Positions 1 to 10,483 are shown, counted from the stretch's first letter. The stretch: DNA of 64,000 nt from Promethearchaeota archaeon (GCA_029838195.1 JALGVJ010000015.1:1-64000), one strand, 5' to 3'. Program-made: numbers and translations. Notes: a model not told the origin generated them from the sequence alone.

Positions 1-306
1 AAGTTCTTTCAGCAACCCTCGAGTGAGCAATTGAATGGCGTGAAACACGCATTTTTGGAGAGGCGCATCAGGAAATATTTCATCCACCCCTGCCTGAAGG
101 CGGCGGGAGAAATCTATGGTCATGAATGAAACTTTCTTTGGGAGCCATTGTTTCAGCTCTTTCAGCAAAAAGACCACTTCCTCTTCCTTTTCCCCCGTGA
201 TGAGAGCCCCGGCAAGGGGTACATTTCGCAAGGAATCCGTGGCGAGCAGTAATCCGGGCTTTATCGTGCGGGGGAGAGGTCGTTTTTTTTTACGTTTTTT
301 TTTACC
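1..306 (-). CDS. Transposase ORF2 in -1 frame, no start codon, runs off the window
   Basis: Open frame GKKKRKKKRPLPRTIKPGLLLATDS...FMTIDFSRRLQAGVDEIFPDAPLQKCVFHAIQLL carrying the second Asp and the IS256/Mutator-type FPxAxxQxCxxH motif. Confidence 0.8.
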
Positions 307-797
307 TTCACCGATTTAAAGGTCCCGTCCAAGGAAAGAAAGCCTGAGAAATTAGGAGGGGGAGTCTCCTCACTTAAATCGATGGGAAGATAGTTTCTAT
401 TACCGTGCTCGTTGACCCATCGCTGGACCGTGGATTTCGACACTTTAACCAAATGGAGCTCCTTCAAATCTTGCCACACCCGTCTAATCGAATCCCCTTT
501 TTTGAGCACCCGGGTGATTACATAATCTATAACTCCCGGCATGAAACGGGTTCCAATTGGAATGAGCGGGTGCAAGATGGTGAAGATCTCCTTACATTCC
601 GTACATTGAAAATAAACACGTTCGTAATGGATGCGCCGGCAAATACGGGGTGTTCCCAAATCCTGGATCTCTCTCATTCTATAAGAGAGTCTCTTGATAT
701 GGGATGACTTGCAGTGGGGACATTGTTCCGGGAAAAAATCCGCATCGGAATATTCCCGGATTTCTAATTCAATCCCATCATCAACATTTTCTTTCAC
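261..797 (-). CDS. Transposase ORF1 (ISL3-like zinc finger, HTH, first catalytic Asp)
   Basis: CPHCK...IQDL...FQCTEC zinc finger; HTH-like VSKSTVQRW; FSGFLSLDGTF. Confidence 0.85.
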   Translation of the reverse strand: MKENVDDGIELEIREYSDADFFPEQCPHCKSSHIKRLSYRMREIQDLGTPRICRRIHYERVYFQCTECKEIFTILHPLIPIGTRFMPGVIDYVITRVLKKGDSIRRVWQDLKELHLVKVSKSTVQRWVNEHGNRNYLPIDLSEETPPPNFSGFLSLDGTFKSVKVKKNVKKNDLSPAR

Positions 798-1004
798 ATG
801 ATTACTTGGTTTTCTCCATACTTAAATCTTTTGGTCCTTAAGGGAGATAGAGCAGAGAGAGGGGTGAATTCACTTGATAGTATTCCCCAACGATCCAAAG
901 TAAGAGATAGAGGAGATTCTTTCCAGAGGAAAGGGAAGCATTCCACAAATTTAGTCGTCATGGTTGAAATAGCTTTAAATGGAAGCTATCATGTTTAATT
1001 CATA

Positions 1005-1122
1005 GTCATGATGAGCTGCAGTATAATATCGCATAAAATTATATCATCTTGAACCTTGGTGACTTTAGCTGACCAATTTTTAAATAAGAATCTTCCATGT
1101 AAAGAGCTTTACTTTCTGACAC
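1005..1122 (-). pseudogene. Remnant resembling an AlaX-type alanyl-tRNA editing protein
   Basis: MSESKALYMEDSYLK/(frameshift)WSAKVTKVQDD then MRYYTAAH, similar to the AlaX N-terminus and MRxHTAxH motif; internally deleted. Confidence 0.4.
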
Positions 1123-1483
1123 GATAAAAATAAAATGTTCTAAATAAAAATTTTATTTTAAAATGGTCATGAATGTAAAAAATATGACAATAAAACTAAT
1201 TAAAACCAGAATTTCTATTTGTATCTAAGAACTATTTTTTATTTTCAATGATTTAATCTAATAATTTCTTCACGCCGTTATTATTCATTTCATGAATTGC
1301 ACGATTATCTTTATTTAAATTATTAAGAAATTAGGGCGGAGAATAGTACGTGATATTCAATTTATTTTCTCCTTCTTTTATCCAAACTAAAATCTCATTC
1401 TGTGAAATTTTACTGTAAATAATAATACCATCTTTAAAAATACCATGCAAGAATAAATTTCCTTCTTTTAAACCACTTTTTAT

Positions 1484-1860
1484 TTACCTATAAAGAATAA
1501 TAAAAGACCCAATGAATGGATCAATTACCATGGGAAGTAGGACCATAAAAATTAATCTCACTCCTTGAAATTTTCCAATATTTTCTTCAAGATATTTATC
1601 TTGCATCCAAGCTCCTCGGACTACATCGATTAAAATAGAAAAAGTAAGATTTAACAAGTAAAACAAGACAACCATCCACAAGTCTACAACAATGGTAAAA
1701 ATGAAACCAAGAATCGTGATAATAATGGTATAGAGGTACATTAATGTTTCACGATTACTCTTTTTATTAGAACCCCGCTGATTAATATTAATATTGTAGA
1801 GCCTCCGATTACTATTAATCCGATTAAACCAATTAACGTTTTTGAAAATATTTTAATCTC
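1484..1860 (-). pseudogene. MFS transporter C-terminal fragment
   Basis: AWMQDKYLEENIGKFQGVRLIFMVLLPMVIDPFIGS; hydrophobic coding-like sequence continues upstream out of frame. Confidence 0.6.
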
Positions 1861-1963
1861 ACTTAAATGATTCTAACTAATAATATTTGGCAATTAAATA
1901 AAAGAATGAATTAAATCTTTTGTAATACTCTTAAATAAGATTACTTCATTACAATTGTTTAGT

Positions 1964-2728
1964 TTAATTTTTACTCTTGCTTTTATTTAGAAAAGTTTCT
2001 ATTCTTAATCTTGCTTCTTCAGTATTTCCACAAGCAATCATGGCTCTCATTTCTCTATACATCGCTTCATCAAAAGTAATCTCCGGTCCCGCATTAATAA
2101 GTCTTTTAGCGAGAGTAAGAGCAAAAGGGCTTTTTTGAACGATTCTTTTTGCCATCTTTCTACATTCCTTATCTAATTCATTTGGTTCGCAAATCTTATT
2201 TACGATTCCATATTCAAGTGCTTTTTTAGCATCAATTTGCTTTCCTAATATCATTAATTCTTTTGCCTTACTAGCTCCAATTAGCCATGCTAAAGCCTTT
2301 GTAGACGCATTAGAAAAAAACATTCCTACATCTAATTCTGGAAGCCATATTTTCGTATTTGAAGCAGCAATTCGAAAATCACAAAATAGCGTTAATTCAA
2401 ATCCGCCCCCTATAACCCACCCTCTATATCCTACAATGATAATCCCAGGATGTTCTCGCATCAATGAGGTAAGTTCTTGAAAATTAGATACCTCATCATA
2501 TGCTTGAGATTGTTTTTCGGGATTTGTAATTAACTCATAGGCATATTTAAGATCTTCTCCAACCGCAAAATTTTCTCGACTTGAAGTAAAAACCACGCAA
2601 ATATCTTTATTTGCCATGCTTTGTTTAAATGAATCAATTAAATTTCTTACTGCTTGCAAATCTAATTCCGGCCTATGAAGTTTTATATAGCCAATTCTTC
2701 CAATTTTTTTATATTCTGCTAATTTCAT
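1964..2728 (-). CDS. Enoyl-CoA hydratase/isomerase (crotonase) family protein
   Basis: FAVGEDL, GWVIGGGFELTLFCDFRIA, LPELDVG. Confidence 0.9.
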   Translation of the reverse strand: MKLAEYKKIGRIGYIKLHRPELDLQAVRNLIDSFKQSMANKDICVVFTSSRENFAVGEDLKYAYELITNPEKQSQAYDEVSNFQELTSLMREHPGIIIVGYRGWVIGGGFELTLFCDFRIAASNTKIWLPELDVGMFFSNASTKALAWLIGASKAKELMILGKQIDAKKALEYGIVNKICEPNELDKECRKMAKRIVQKSPFALTLAKRLINAGPEITFDEAMYREMRAMIACGNTEEARLRIETFLNKSKSKN

Positions 2729-2900
2729 AATATCATTTTCATGTTTAAATGATTCTTTTAGTTCCTATAAAATTAAATCAAGCCTTATCTAATCAATTTT
2801 CCCACTTTTCGTGAGAATTTCAAAGGGCGGTTATATTCAATTTTTGAATATTTGTTAAGAAATAACTTTAATAATAATACAACGGCCAATTTGTTCTCCA

Positions 2901-3269
2901 TTAAAATTTCAAGAAATTACCGAAAGCGCCTACTACATAATTAACTTCGTCAATGCCCTCTATAACTTTAATAATTTTTTCCGTATTAAATGAACCAATG
3001 GTTTGTATGGCATAATATAGCATATACATGCTATCATTAGCCCCAAGTCCGGTGTATAATGGTTCCTCGTTGTAATGTTCTACCCAATTATCCCATACTT
3101 CCACGATTCTCGCTGTTTTGTTGGTTCGGATGGTAGATTGCATGATAATTTCATGTTCGCATCCACCGCCCGTTTCTTGCCAATAATTGTCAAGTTGAGA
3201 CATGACATCAATTCCGGCAATCAAACATTTTAAGATCTTCCAATCCTGGCGCACCAGGTACTTTTCCAT
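2901..3269 (-). pseudogene. Fragment resembling an ABC branched-chain amino acid-type substrate-binding protein
   Basis: YNEEPLYTGLGANDSMYMLYYAIQTIGSFNTEKIIKVIE resembles the C-terminal lobe; too short for a full protein. Confidence 0.45.
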
Positions 3270-3633
3270 TGAGTAAATAGGTCATGGGCACCGTCCAATC
3301 GAGATCTTCACGAATAATGTAGACTCGTAGATAGTCTAAGAAGGATAAAATTTCTTTTACTAAATTTCTCGAGCTAATCGGTATGGTGTGGAAGAAATAT
3401 TTATAGCGATTATAATTCTTTTCTACATTTTCCGTAAAAATATCAGAACTCTTTTATATAGCGTGAATTCTTGTCATGAATTAATAATTAAACCGTTTTT
3501 TCCCCATTTAAAGGATATCTCATTTTAATTTATTTTCATGAAATAGAATCCTTTATTTAGAGTCATACCTAATTTAATTTAATATAAAATGATACCATTA
3601 AATTAAAATAAAAAAATATGGGGATAAACAATT

Positions 3634-5028
3634 ATGAGTCAAAACGAAATGAAAATATCCCATTCGAAATGGAACATGTTCTCTTACGGCTGGGGAAAAG
3701 CTCTTAACGAATTTTTCGCCATGGCTTTCGGGGCATTCGGCTTTTTCTTTTATGAAACGGAGATTGGTTTGGATGTCTGGCTCACTAGCACGGGATACAT
3801 TATATTTGCAATATGGAACGCAATAAATGATCCGTTAGCGGGTTATCTCACCAACCGCCCCTTTCGATTTACTAAAAAATGGGGCCGCAGGTTTCCTTGG
3901 ATTTTAATCGGCGGTATTCCCTGGATGCTGAGCTATATTCTCATTTTCACACCGCCTAACGTGAATCCCCAAAGTCAAGGTCTTTTGATTTTCTCATGGC
4001 TCGTCATATCAACATGTTTATTCGATACATTTAATTCAGTGTGGTGGATTGGATTCTCTAGCTTGTTTCCGGATAAATTCCGCTCTGTAGAAGAAAGAAG
4101 AACGGTCCAAGCGATCGCCACGCCAACCGGGATAATCGGTATAACTTTAGGAGCATTATTACCTCCTTTATTAGTCGAATATGGAAATCCAACCTCTTAC
4201 ATCATCCAAGGGGGCATCATGATTATCTTAGGATTCATCATTTTCGCCGCTTCTATTCCAGGCTGCCGTGATGATCAAATTACCGTTGATAGATATTTAG
4301 AAAGTTATGCTGAACGTCCCGAAAGGGTCTCATTTATTGGCATGTTGAAGCTCTCGTTGAAACAAAAAACTTTTATGGTGTTTATTATTGTGTATACTTT
4401 TTACCGGGCTTTAGCCGTGACTCTTCAAGCTTCCATTCCCTATGAAGTGAGATATGTATTAGGAATGCCTGCAAGTGCTCAAACCATTCTCTCCGCAGGA
4501 TTTCTCATAGGGGCATTAGTTTCCTCTCCTCTATGGATAAAATACACGCATAGAATTAACGATAATAAAAAAGCCATTCTCTTAGCAGGGATAGTTCTTA
4601 CTATTGCTACTTTTCCATTAACATTCATTAATAATTATACTGTCCTTTTTTTTGGAATGATAGGCTTTGGCGTTGGACTTGGAGGCTTTTGGGCTCTGCT
4701 TGCCCCCATTTTGGCAGATGTAATTGATGAATCCGTTGTAAATACGGGCAAGCGTGAAGAGGGGATTTATACGGGTTTTCAGGCATTTTTTGGAAGGTTT
4801 GCCATCATCATGCAAGCAGTTACCTTTGCCATCGTACACTCTGTAACGGGTTTCGAAGAAGGAGCATCCACTCAAACAGCTGATGCGATATGGGGAATCC
4901 AACTCCACTTTGGGTTAATTCCGGCAATATTCATGCTAATAGCAATACTTATTTTTTGGAAGTGGTATGGCTTAACTCCTGAAAAAGTAGCATATAATCA
5001 GAAAAAGATTGAGGAAATGGGCTTATAA
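3634..5028 (+). CDS. MFS GPH-family (MelB-like) glycoside:cation symporter
   Basis: WNAINDPLAG, WGRRFPW, ADVIDESVVNTGKREEGIYTG; many TM segments. Confidence 0.9.
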   Translation: MSQNEMKISHSKWNMFSYGWGKALNEFFAMAFGAFGFFFYETEIGLDVWLTSTGYIIFAIWNAINDPLAGYLTNRPFRFTKKWGRRFPWILIGGIPWMLSYILIFTPPNVNPQSQGLLIFSWLVISTCLFDTFNSVWWIGFSSLFPDKFRSVEERRTVQAIATPTGIIGITLGALLPPLLVEYGNPTSYIIQGGIMIILGFIIFAASIPGCRDDQITVDRYLESYAERPERVSFIGMLKLSLKQKTFMVFIIVYTFYRALAVTLQASIPYEVRYVLGMPASAQTILSAGFLIGALVSSPLWIKYTHRINDNKKAILLAGIVLTIATFPLTFINNYTVLFFGMIGFGVGLGGFWALLAPILADVIDESVVNTGKREEGIYTGFQAFFGRFAIIMQAVTFAIVHSVTGFEEGASTQTADAIWGIQLHFGLIPAIFMLIAILIFWKWYGLTPEKVAYNQKKIEEMGL

Positions 5029-5127
5029 TAAGAAAAATTACAGAGTTAGGAAAACTTAAAAAAATCATGCTTTTTTTTATTTTATTTCTTTCTAAAGTAT
5101 TATATCCCATTATAAATAAAGTAGATG

Positions 5128-5475
5128 GGCTTCTGGACGTTGTAACACCAATCTTTAGAGACTTAATTGACGATTCTGTTGTTAGAAAGGGAAAGCAATA
5201 AGAAGTAATTTACGTGGGCTTTCAGGCTTTTTTCAGCAGGTTTGCTATCATCATACAGGCGAGATCTTTTGCTATTATTCACAACATAATGGATTTTGAG
5301 GAAGGCTCATCGATTCAGACAGCTGAAGCGGTTTAGGGAATTCATTTACATTTCAATTTTGTCTCTGCTCTTTTTATGCTTGTGAGAATACTTCTCTTTT
5401 GGAATGCTTATCAATTGACTCCCGATATCATTGAATCAACCATAAGAAAAGATTAGAGAAATGGGTTTGGAATAA
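5128..5475 (+). pseudogene. Degenerate paralogous copy of the 3' end of the adjacent GPH transporter
   Basis: Colinear with 4684-5028 (GFW...GFQAFFSRFAII...FEEGSSIQTAEA...MGLE) with in-frame stops. Confidence 0.85.
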
Positions 5476-5665
5476 TAAAAAAATTGCTTTTTTTTTAAAT
5501 AGTACTTGAGAAAAGAGATAATATTATTGAAATTTTAATAATTAAAAAAAATAAGGATCCTCAGTAATGATCTATTTGATTAATATTAATTGTTCAAGAG
5601 ATTCTTGGAAAAATTTATTTATAGCACTATTGTAAAATGAGTGATGGAAAGAGTCTGAATGAAAA

Positions 5666-6781
5666 ATGAAAACACTTCACCAGATATATTATAAAGATTC
5701 TAGGAAAATGGAGGAGGTAAAGGACGTCTCTATCGATTTAATCCTTACCTCTCCTCCTTATCCAATGATAGAAATGTGGGATTCGTTATTTATTTCCTTG
5801 AACAAGGATATACAAGCCACATTTGAGCAAAATGATGGAAAAAAAGCGTTTTGTCTAATGCATGAGGAATTAGAAAAAACGTGGAAAGAATGCATTAGAG
5901 TTTTAAAACCGGGCGGTATAATTTGCATCAATATTGGAGATGCTACTAGAAAAATTAACAACGTGTTTCAATTATATCCCAATCACGTGAAAGTATCCAC
6001 ATTTTTCCAAGAGAACGATTTTCTTCCCTTACCTATCATAATTTGGAATAAGCCAACGAATAGTCCAACGAAATTTTTGGGCTCGGGAATGCTCCCACCA
6101 AATGCCTACGCAACGCTTGAGCATGAATATATCTTAATTTTCCAAAAAGGCATGAAAAAGAGACGTTTTAAACCTAAATCCGAAAAGAGATATAATAGCG
6201 CTTATTTCTGGGAAGAAAGAAATAGATGGTTTTCTGATGTTTGGAATAATATCAAGGGGGTCTCTCAAAATATTGAAATTGGCGAAAATAGTCGAGTTAT
6301 TCGGGAAAGATCAGCAGCATTTCCTTTAGTAATTCCATTGAGGTTAATAAACATGTTTTCACTTCAAGGAGATACGATCTTAGATCCTTATTTGGGTACA
6401 GGGACGACAACGCTAGCAGCCATGAGTTTAGCAAGAAATTCAATAGGGTATGAACTTAATCTTGAATTCAAGCGCCTATTTGAAAAAAATCTTTGCCAAA
6501 TAAAGAAAATGACCCGCTCTTTTCTATCAAAAAGATTACGGGATCATTTAGAATTTATTAAGCAGCACCTACAAGATGGTAAGGATGCTAAATATAAAGC
6601 CATCCATTATGATTTTCCCGTGATTACCCAACAAGAAAGAGAGATTTTATTTTATTCCATAAAAAATGTAGAGATAAAGAATAGTAATGTTTACATGATT
6701 ACTCATGAAAAATTTGAATTCGAAGAATCAATAGTTTTTAAGAGAGAAAAAAGATGGACTCAAACACGATTAATACCTTGA
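5666..6781 (+). CDS. Beta-class amino-methyltransferase, probably N4-cytosine, orphan
   Basis: DLILTSPPY catalytic motif N-terminal to the ILDPYLGTGTT SAM-binding motif; no adjacent restriction endonuclease. Confidence 0.9.
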   Translation: MKTLHQIYYKDSRKMEEVKDVSIDLILTSPPYPMIEMWDSLFISLNKDIQATFEQNDGKKAFCLMHEELEKTWKECIRVLKPGGIICINIGDATRKINNVFQLYPNHVKVSTFFQENDFLPLPIIIWNKPTNSPTKFLGSGMLPPNAYATLEHEYILIFQKGMKKRRFKPKSEKRYNSAYFWEERNRWFSDVWNNIKGVSQNIEIGENSRVIRERSAAFPLVIPLRLINMFSLQGDTILDPYLGTGTTTLAAMSLARNSIGYELNLEFKRLFEKNLCQIKKMTRSFLSKRLRDHLEFIKQHLQDGKDAKYKAIHYDFPVITQQEREILFYSIKNVEIKNSNVYMITHEKFEFEESIVFKREKRWTQTRLIP

Positions 6782-6789
6782 AGTAAAAA

Positions 6790-6855
6790 AATGTATTCTT
6801 AGCAGTAGTAAAAGAGGTTATTATTAAAAATAATATTCCTTGCTTCTTTAAAAAT
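6790..6855. repeat. 66-bp intergenic direct repeat, copy 1
   Basis: 63/66 identical to 13418-13483 (AATGTATTCTTAGCAGTAGTAAAAGAGG...). Confidence 0.9.
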
Positions 6856-6983
6856 CTTCACTATAGAGGTTCTGTTAACTTATTGTTGATATTACATGCC
6901 GTTTAAAGAAGTTTTTCTGACTGAAAGGAGGCTAGTTTTCTCTCTGTATCTCAATTCATTATCGCATCTTCTTTTAGCAAGTC

Positions 6984-7062
6984 GCCTAACGTTTTGCGGA
7001 AAAGAAAAGTTGCCGAAGGCAATTTGGGTGAACGTAGCAAAGCCTTTTATCTCCTACTATAA
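6984..7062 (-). other. Degenerate attC-like recombination-site hairpin
   Basis: Minus strand ...GGCTTTGCTACGTTCACCCAAATTGCCTTCGGCAACTTTTCTTTTCCGCAAAACGTTAGGC ends in a GTTRRRY core and has an internal TTGCC-TTC-GGCAA hairpin; the 5' arm is eroded. Confidence 0.45.
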
Positions 7063-7427
7063 CTCCACAAACCATGGATATTATGGTATTTTCTTGCCGC
7101 AACCTTTTCTACTCTAATTTTAAATTCAGACTCAAGTTTATCTCCAGATTTTAAGAATTTTCTATAAATATTTCGGGCAACAATTACCTCTATCCATTCA
7201 ATGTAATGTTTTTCCTCCATAGGATGAGGAATCGAACTAACTTTTATTTTTATGTCTGTTTCTAGCTTTTCTACTATAAGTATACATTTCTCTTTACCAA
7301 TATCCTCTGGTTTTCCTCAAAAAGTTCCATTGGTTGCCCGCAATAAACAAGTTCACCTCCACCAGCATGTAAAATCTCAACTATGTAGCCGCAGATATTG
7401 CATTTGTATTTGTTTTTGTTTAATCAT
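7047..7427 (-). pseudogene. dfx: Desulfoferrodoxin / superoxide reductase pseudogene
   Basis: [43 protein letters not shown] and NIHGLW across frameshifts; several ligands altered; AGGAGG SD upstream. Confidence 0.85.
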
Positions 7428-7450
7428 ACTATCTCCTCCTTTCATTCATT

Positions 7451-8668
7451 TTATGCCTCCCTTTTGAAGATGCCCAGTTCCTTGTGTTTATTGAGGATTT
7501 CTTCTGCGAGCCTGTCCAGCGCTTTGAAATCAGCTTCTTTTGGTAATCCTTTTATAGCAACAGGTTCAAGTATATCTACTTTTAAATTGGAAATCATCCC
7601 TGCAAGTTGTTCTACCATCTTGCTACTCCATCCATAGGAGCCAATGATTGATGCGAATTTCAATTTGGGTCTCAGGGCATTTGCAAGATAAACCGCATAA
7701 ACCACGATTGGATGTGGTCCAACCAAAACTGTGGGTGAACCGATTACGATTGTAGCAGCGTCTACCAAAGCAATCGCCAATTTCCCGATGTCAGTTTTAG
7801 ATAAATTAAACTGTTTTACAGTTATACCCCTCTCAATCAAAGCCTCTACGAGGTAATCCACCATTTTTTTTGTGCTCCCATGCATTGAAATATAGGGTAA
7901 AATCACTTCATTCTTTACTTCATCGGAAATCCATTCCCTATAAGCATTGAGAATGAGATCTGGGTTATTATAGACCGGACCATGACTCGGTGCTATTATC
8001 TCAATCTCTAAATCTTTTATCCTTTCCAAATTCCTCTTAATTGTTCCTCTGAAAGGCATCATTATCTCTGCATAATATCTCTTAGCGGCCTCATAAACTG
8101 TCGGCTCATCAGTCACAAAAAGATCACTAGTTGCAAGATGAGAGCCAAAAAAATCACAGGTAAAAAGTATCCTATCTTCCATTAAATACGTTAGCATCGT
8201 CTCTGGCCAATGAACCCAAGGTGCGTGAATGAACTCCAGTGTTTTGTCGCCCAATGATAGTGTTTTTCCATCATCCCCTGCTATGAACTTATTCTCGGGG
8301 ATAAAAAGCAAATCCATAAGTATGGTTTTACATTTTGGTGTGCAAACAACCTTGGCATTAGGATAAATATCTAGTATCTGAGGTAATGAGCCTGAATGGT
8401 CCTGCTCGGCGTGATTGGTGATAACGTAATCTACAACCTTGATCTCAAGTTGTTTGAGATTCTTCATCAGTACATCCGTCATTGTTGGGTCTACCGTGTC
8501 TATTAATGCCGTTTTTTCGCTTCCTTTTATCAAATAGGAATTATAACTCGTTCCATCTGGTAGCGGGATTAGTTCGTCAAATAATCTTCTGTCCCAATCA
8601 ATTGCTCCAATTGAGTAAATTTTTGGTTTTAATTGTCTTAGCTCACTCATTTTATCCCACCTTATCAA
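7451..8668 (-). CDS. fprA: Flavodiiron protein (FprA, class A; O2/NO reductase); start probably ATG at 8650
   Basis: GTSYNSYLI, HAEQDHSG, HWPET, CDFFG, APSHG; C-terminal flavodoxin SMHGST...GSYGW. Confidence 0.95.
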   Translation of the reverse strand: MIRWDKMSELRQLKPKIYSIGAIDWDRRLFDELIPLPDGTSYNSYLIKGSEKTALIDTVDPTMTDVLMKNLKQLEIKVVDYVITNHAEQDHSGSLPQILDIYPNAKVVCTPKCKTILMDLLFIPENKFIAGDDGKTLSLGDKTLEFIHAPWVHWPETMLTYLMEDRILFTCDFFGSHLATSDLFVTDEPTVYEAAKRYYAEIMMPFRGTIKRNLERIKDLEIEIIAPSHGPVYNNPDLILNAYREWISDEVKNEVILPYISMHGSTKKMVDYLVEALIERGITVKQFNLSKTDIGKLAIALVDAATIVIGSPTVLVGPHPIVVYAVYLANALRPKLKFASIIGSYGWSSKMVEQLAGMISNLKVDILEPVAIKGLPKEADFKALDRLAEEILNKHKELGIFKREA

Positions 8669-8753
8669 ATTTTTTCATTAAAACCTGTTTTATTGATAGA
8701 TTAGAACAATTTTTTGTATTTATATAGGTGATGTACCTTTTTAAAGATATTGG

Positions 8754-9117
8754 TCAATTGCAATCTGAATAGGTTTTTTTCAAATAGTTCGAATAGATAT
8801 TTTTGAGTTGAATTTCTTCAATCTTGTCTAAACCCTCGTCGTAGGAATTTGGCCAAAGATCTTGATCAACAGCAATAAAAAGGGTTCGTAACTCTAAAAG
8901 GAAAGGGTACTCTGGTAAGACTATGTTTAACCTTTCCTGCTCTTTTTTCTTCGGTTTATTCTTTACGAATAAAAAGCGAACATTTCCAATCTTCTCTTTC
9001 TTTTTTTCTGAGTTAGATCATTTCTCGCGCAATCATAATCGGATAATTCTAAGCGAACACGCAACGAATAACGCTTCTTGATGCGTGCCCTTTATTAATC
9101 TTTTTTTTACATACCAT
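8754..9117 (-). pseudogene. Possible transposase C-terminal remnant (ISL3-like helical region)
   Basis: VRFLFVKNKPKKKEQERLNIVLPEYPFLLELRTL, with frameshifts upstream. Confidence 0.35.
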
Positions 9118-9199
9118 CTCACTAAATAATTGAACGTTTTTTCTCCCGAATTATCATCGATAAAGATTAAATTATCAATTTCTTTTTCACGCGCAAGAG

Positions 9200-9358
9200 T
9201 GAGCTTAATCTTGAATTCAAGCGTCTATTTGAAAACAATCTTAGCCATATAAAGAAAATGACCAGTTCTTTTCTATCATCAAAAAGATTACGGGATCATG
9301 TAGAATTTATTAAACACTACATAAAAAAAGGCAAAGAGGCAAGTTTAATCCCATTATG
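9200..9358 (+). repeat. Diverged partial duplicate of methyltransferase region 6451-6611
   Basis: CTTAATCTTGAATTCAAGCG...AAAGAAAATGACC...AAAAAGATTACGGGATCAT...AGAATTTATTAA shared. Confidence 0.9.
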
Positions 9359-9359
9359 C

Positions 9360-10483
9360 TTTATATTAGTATGATTATGGCCCCCACCCCAGGAAATTTC
9401 TCAAATAACCATTTTCTTTTATTTTCTTATAATGCTATACTTGTTCGATTTATTTTTTACCATGTATTCAATTAATACCGTGAGTTTATTTCCCGAGATG
9501 TTTCAGACATTAGAAGAGAGAGCAAAAGCCAGTTCCATTCGTCAAGTGTTTACGGTTATTGGTTTAATCTTTGCTTATATCATGCCGACCTTATTCATTC
9601 CCCAATTAGATAATCCTAAATATTTCATGGAAAATCGATATGCTGGAATTTGCACGAGTATTTTTTTCTTCGTAGGTGTAGTTATTTTATTAAAATATGG
9701 AGTAAAAGAACGAGAGGAATTTTCTAAAGATTATAAAATTGCCCCTTCCTTCTTTAATTCTTTAAAATATTCATTGAAGAATCCCGCTTTTAGAGTATAT
9801 ATATTAGTGAATATCATCTTTTGATACGTTTATGGCTTAATCCATACGATTATTCCTCTTTATGGGAACTTCGTATTAGGAATTGGGGAAGGCGAATCGA
9901 TTTTATTAGGGTTACTTCTAGGAATCATATTTTTATCAGCTGCGGGGTTCATTTTCTTATGTAGATTTTTCGCTCCTAAATTAGGAATTGAATTAAGGTT
10001 AATGAGTTCCATGGGAATATTAATTCTCACGTTAATCCCTCTAATGTTCATCTCTAACGTTCAGAGTGCATTCATAGCGTTTTTCTTCATGAGAATTGGT
10101 TTTGCTGGAGTGTTATTGTTCGTAGATCTGACCATCACAGCCATTATTGATGCGGATGAATTAACTACCGGGATTCGTCGAGAAGCCAGTAATTATGGCA
10201 TCAACACCTTCATTTCTCGATTTTCAACCATTTTGATGTTTATTTCTATTAATTCCGTATTTAATCCCATAGGATAGGAAACTTTGCCCCAGTTTGCACG
10301 TCGTCAAAAACCCATTTTGGCCTCCGCACCTTGGTATCTTTGTTCCCAATCATTGCTTTGATTATTGGAATAATTATCATGGTCAAGTTTCCAATAAATA
10401 AAACACGATATCAACTCCTAAAAGAAAAGTTAGATACACTATATGCTAAAACTAAAAAAAGGGAGCAAAAAGATACCGAATGA
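9360..10483 (+). pseudogene. 5'-truncated, disrupted GPH-family MFS transporter
   Basis: SLFPEMFQTLEERAKAS and IIDADELTTGIRREASNYG; in-frame TGA at 9822 and TAG at 10275 plus further disruptions. Confidence 0.85.

Larger units (their letters stand above)
1..960 (-). mobile_element. IS-like element with two-ORF (-1 frameshifted) DDE transposase; 3' part lies outside the window, upstream boundary approximate
   Basis: Transposase ORF1 261-797 plus -1 frame continuation 1-306; GC-richer than the AT-rich DNA beyond ~960. Terminal repeats cannot be verified with only one end. Confidence 0.75.

Noticed and set aside
9822-9824. In-frame TGA in the MFS gene as possible selenocysteine or readthrough
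   Set aside because: Likely a mutated Trp codon; the gene is also truncated and has other stops and frameshifts
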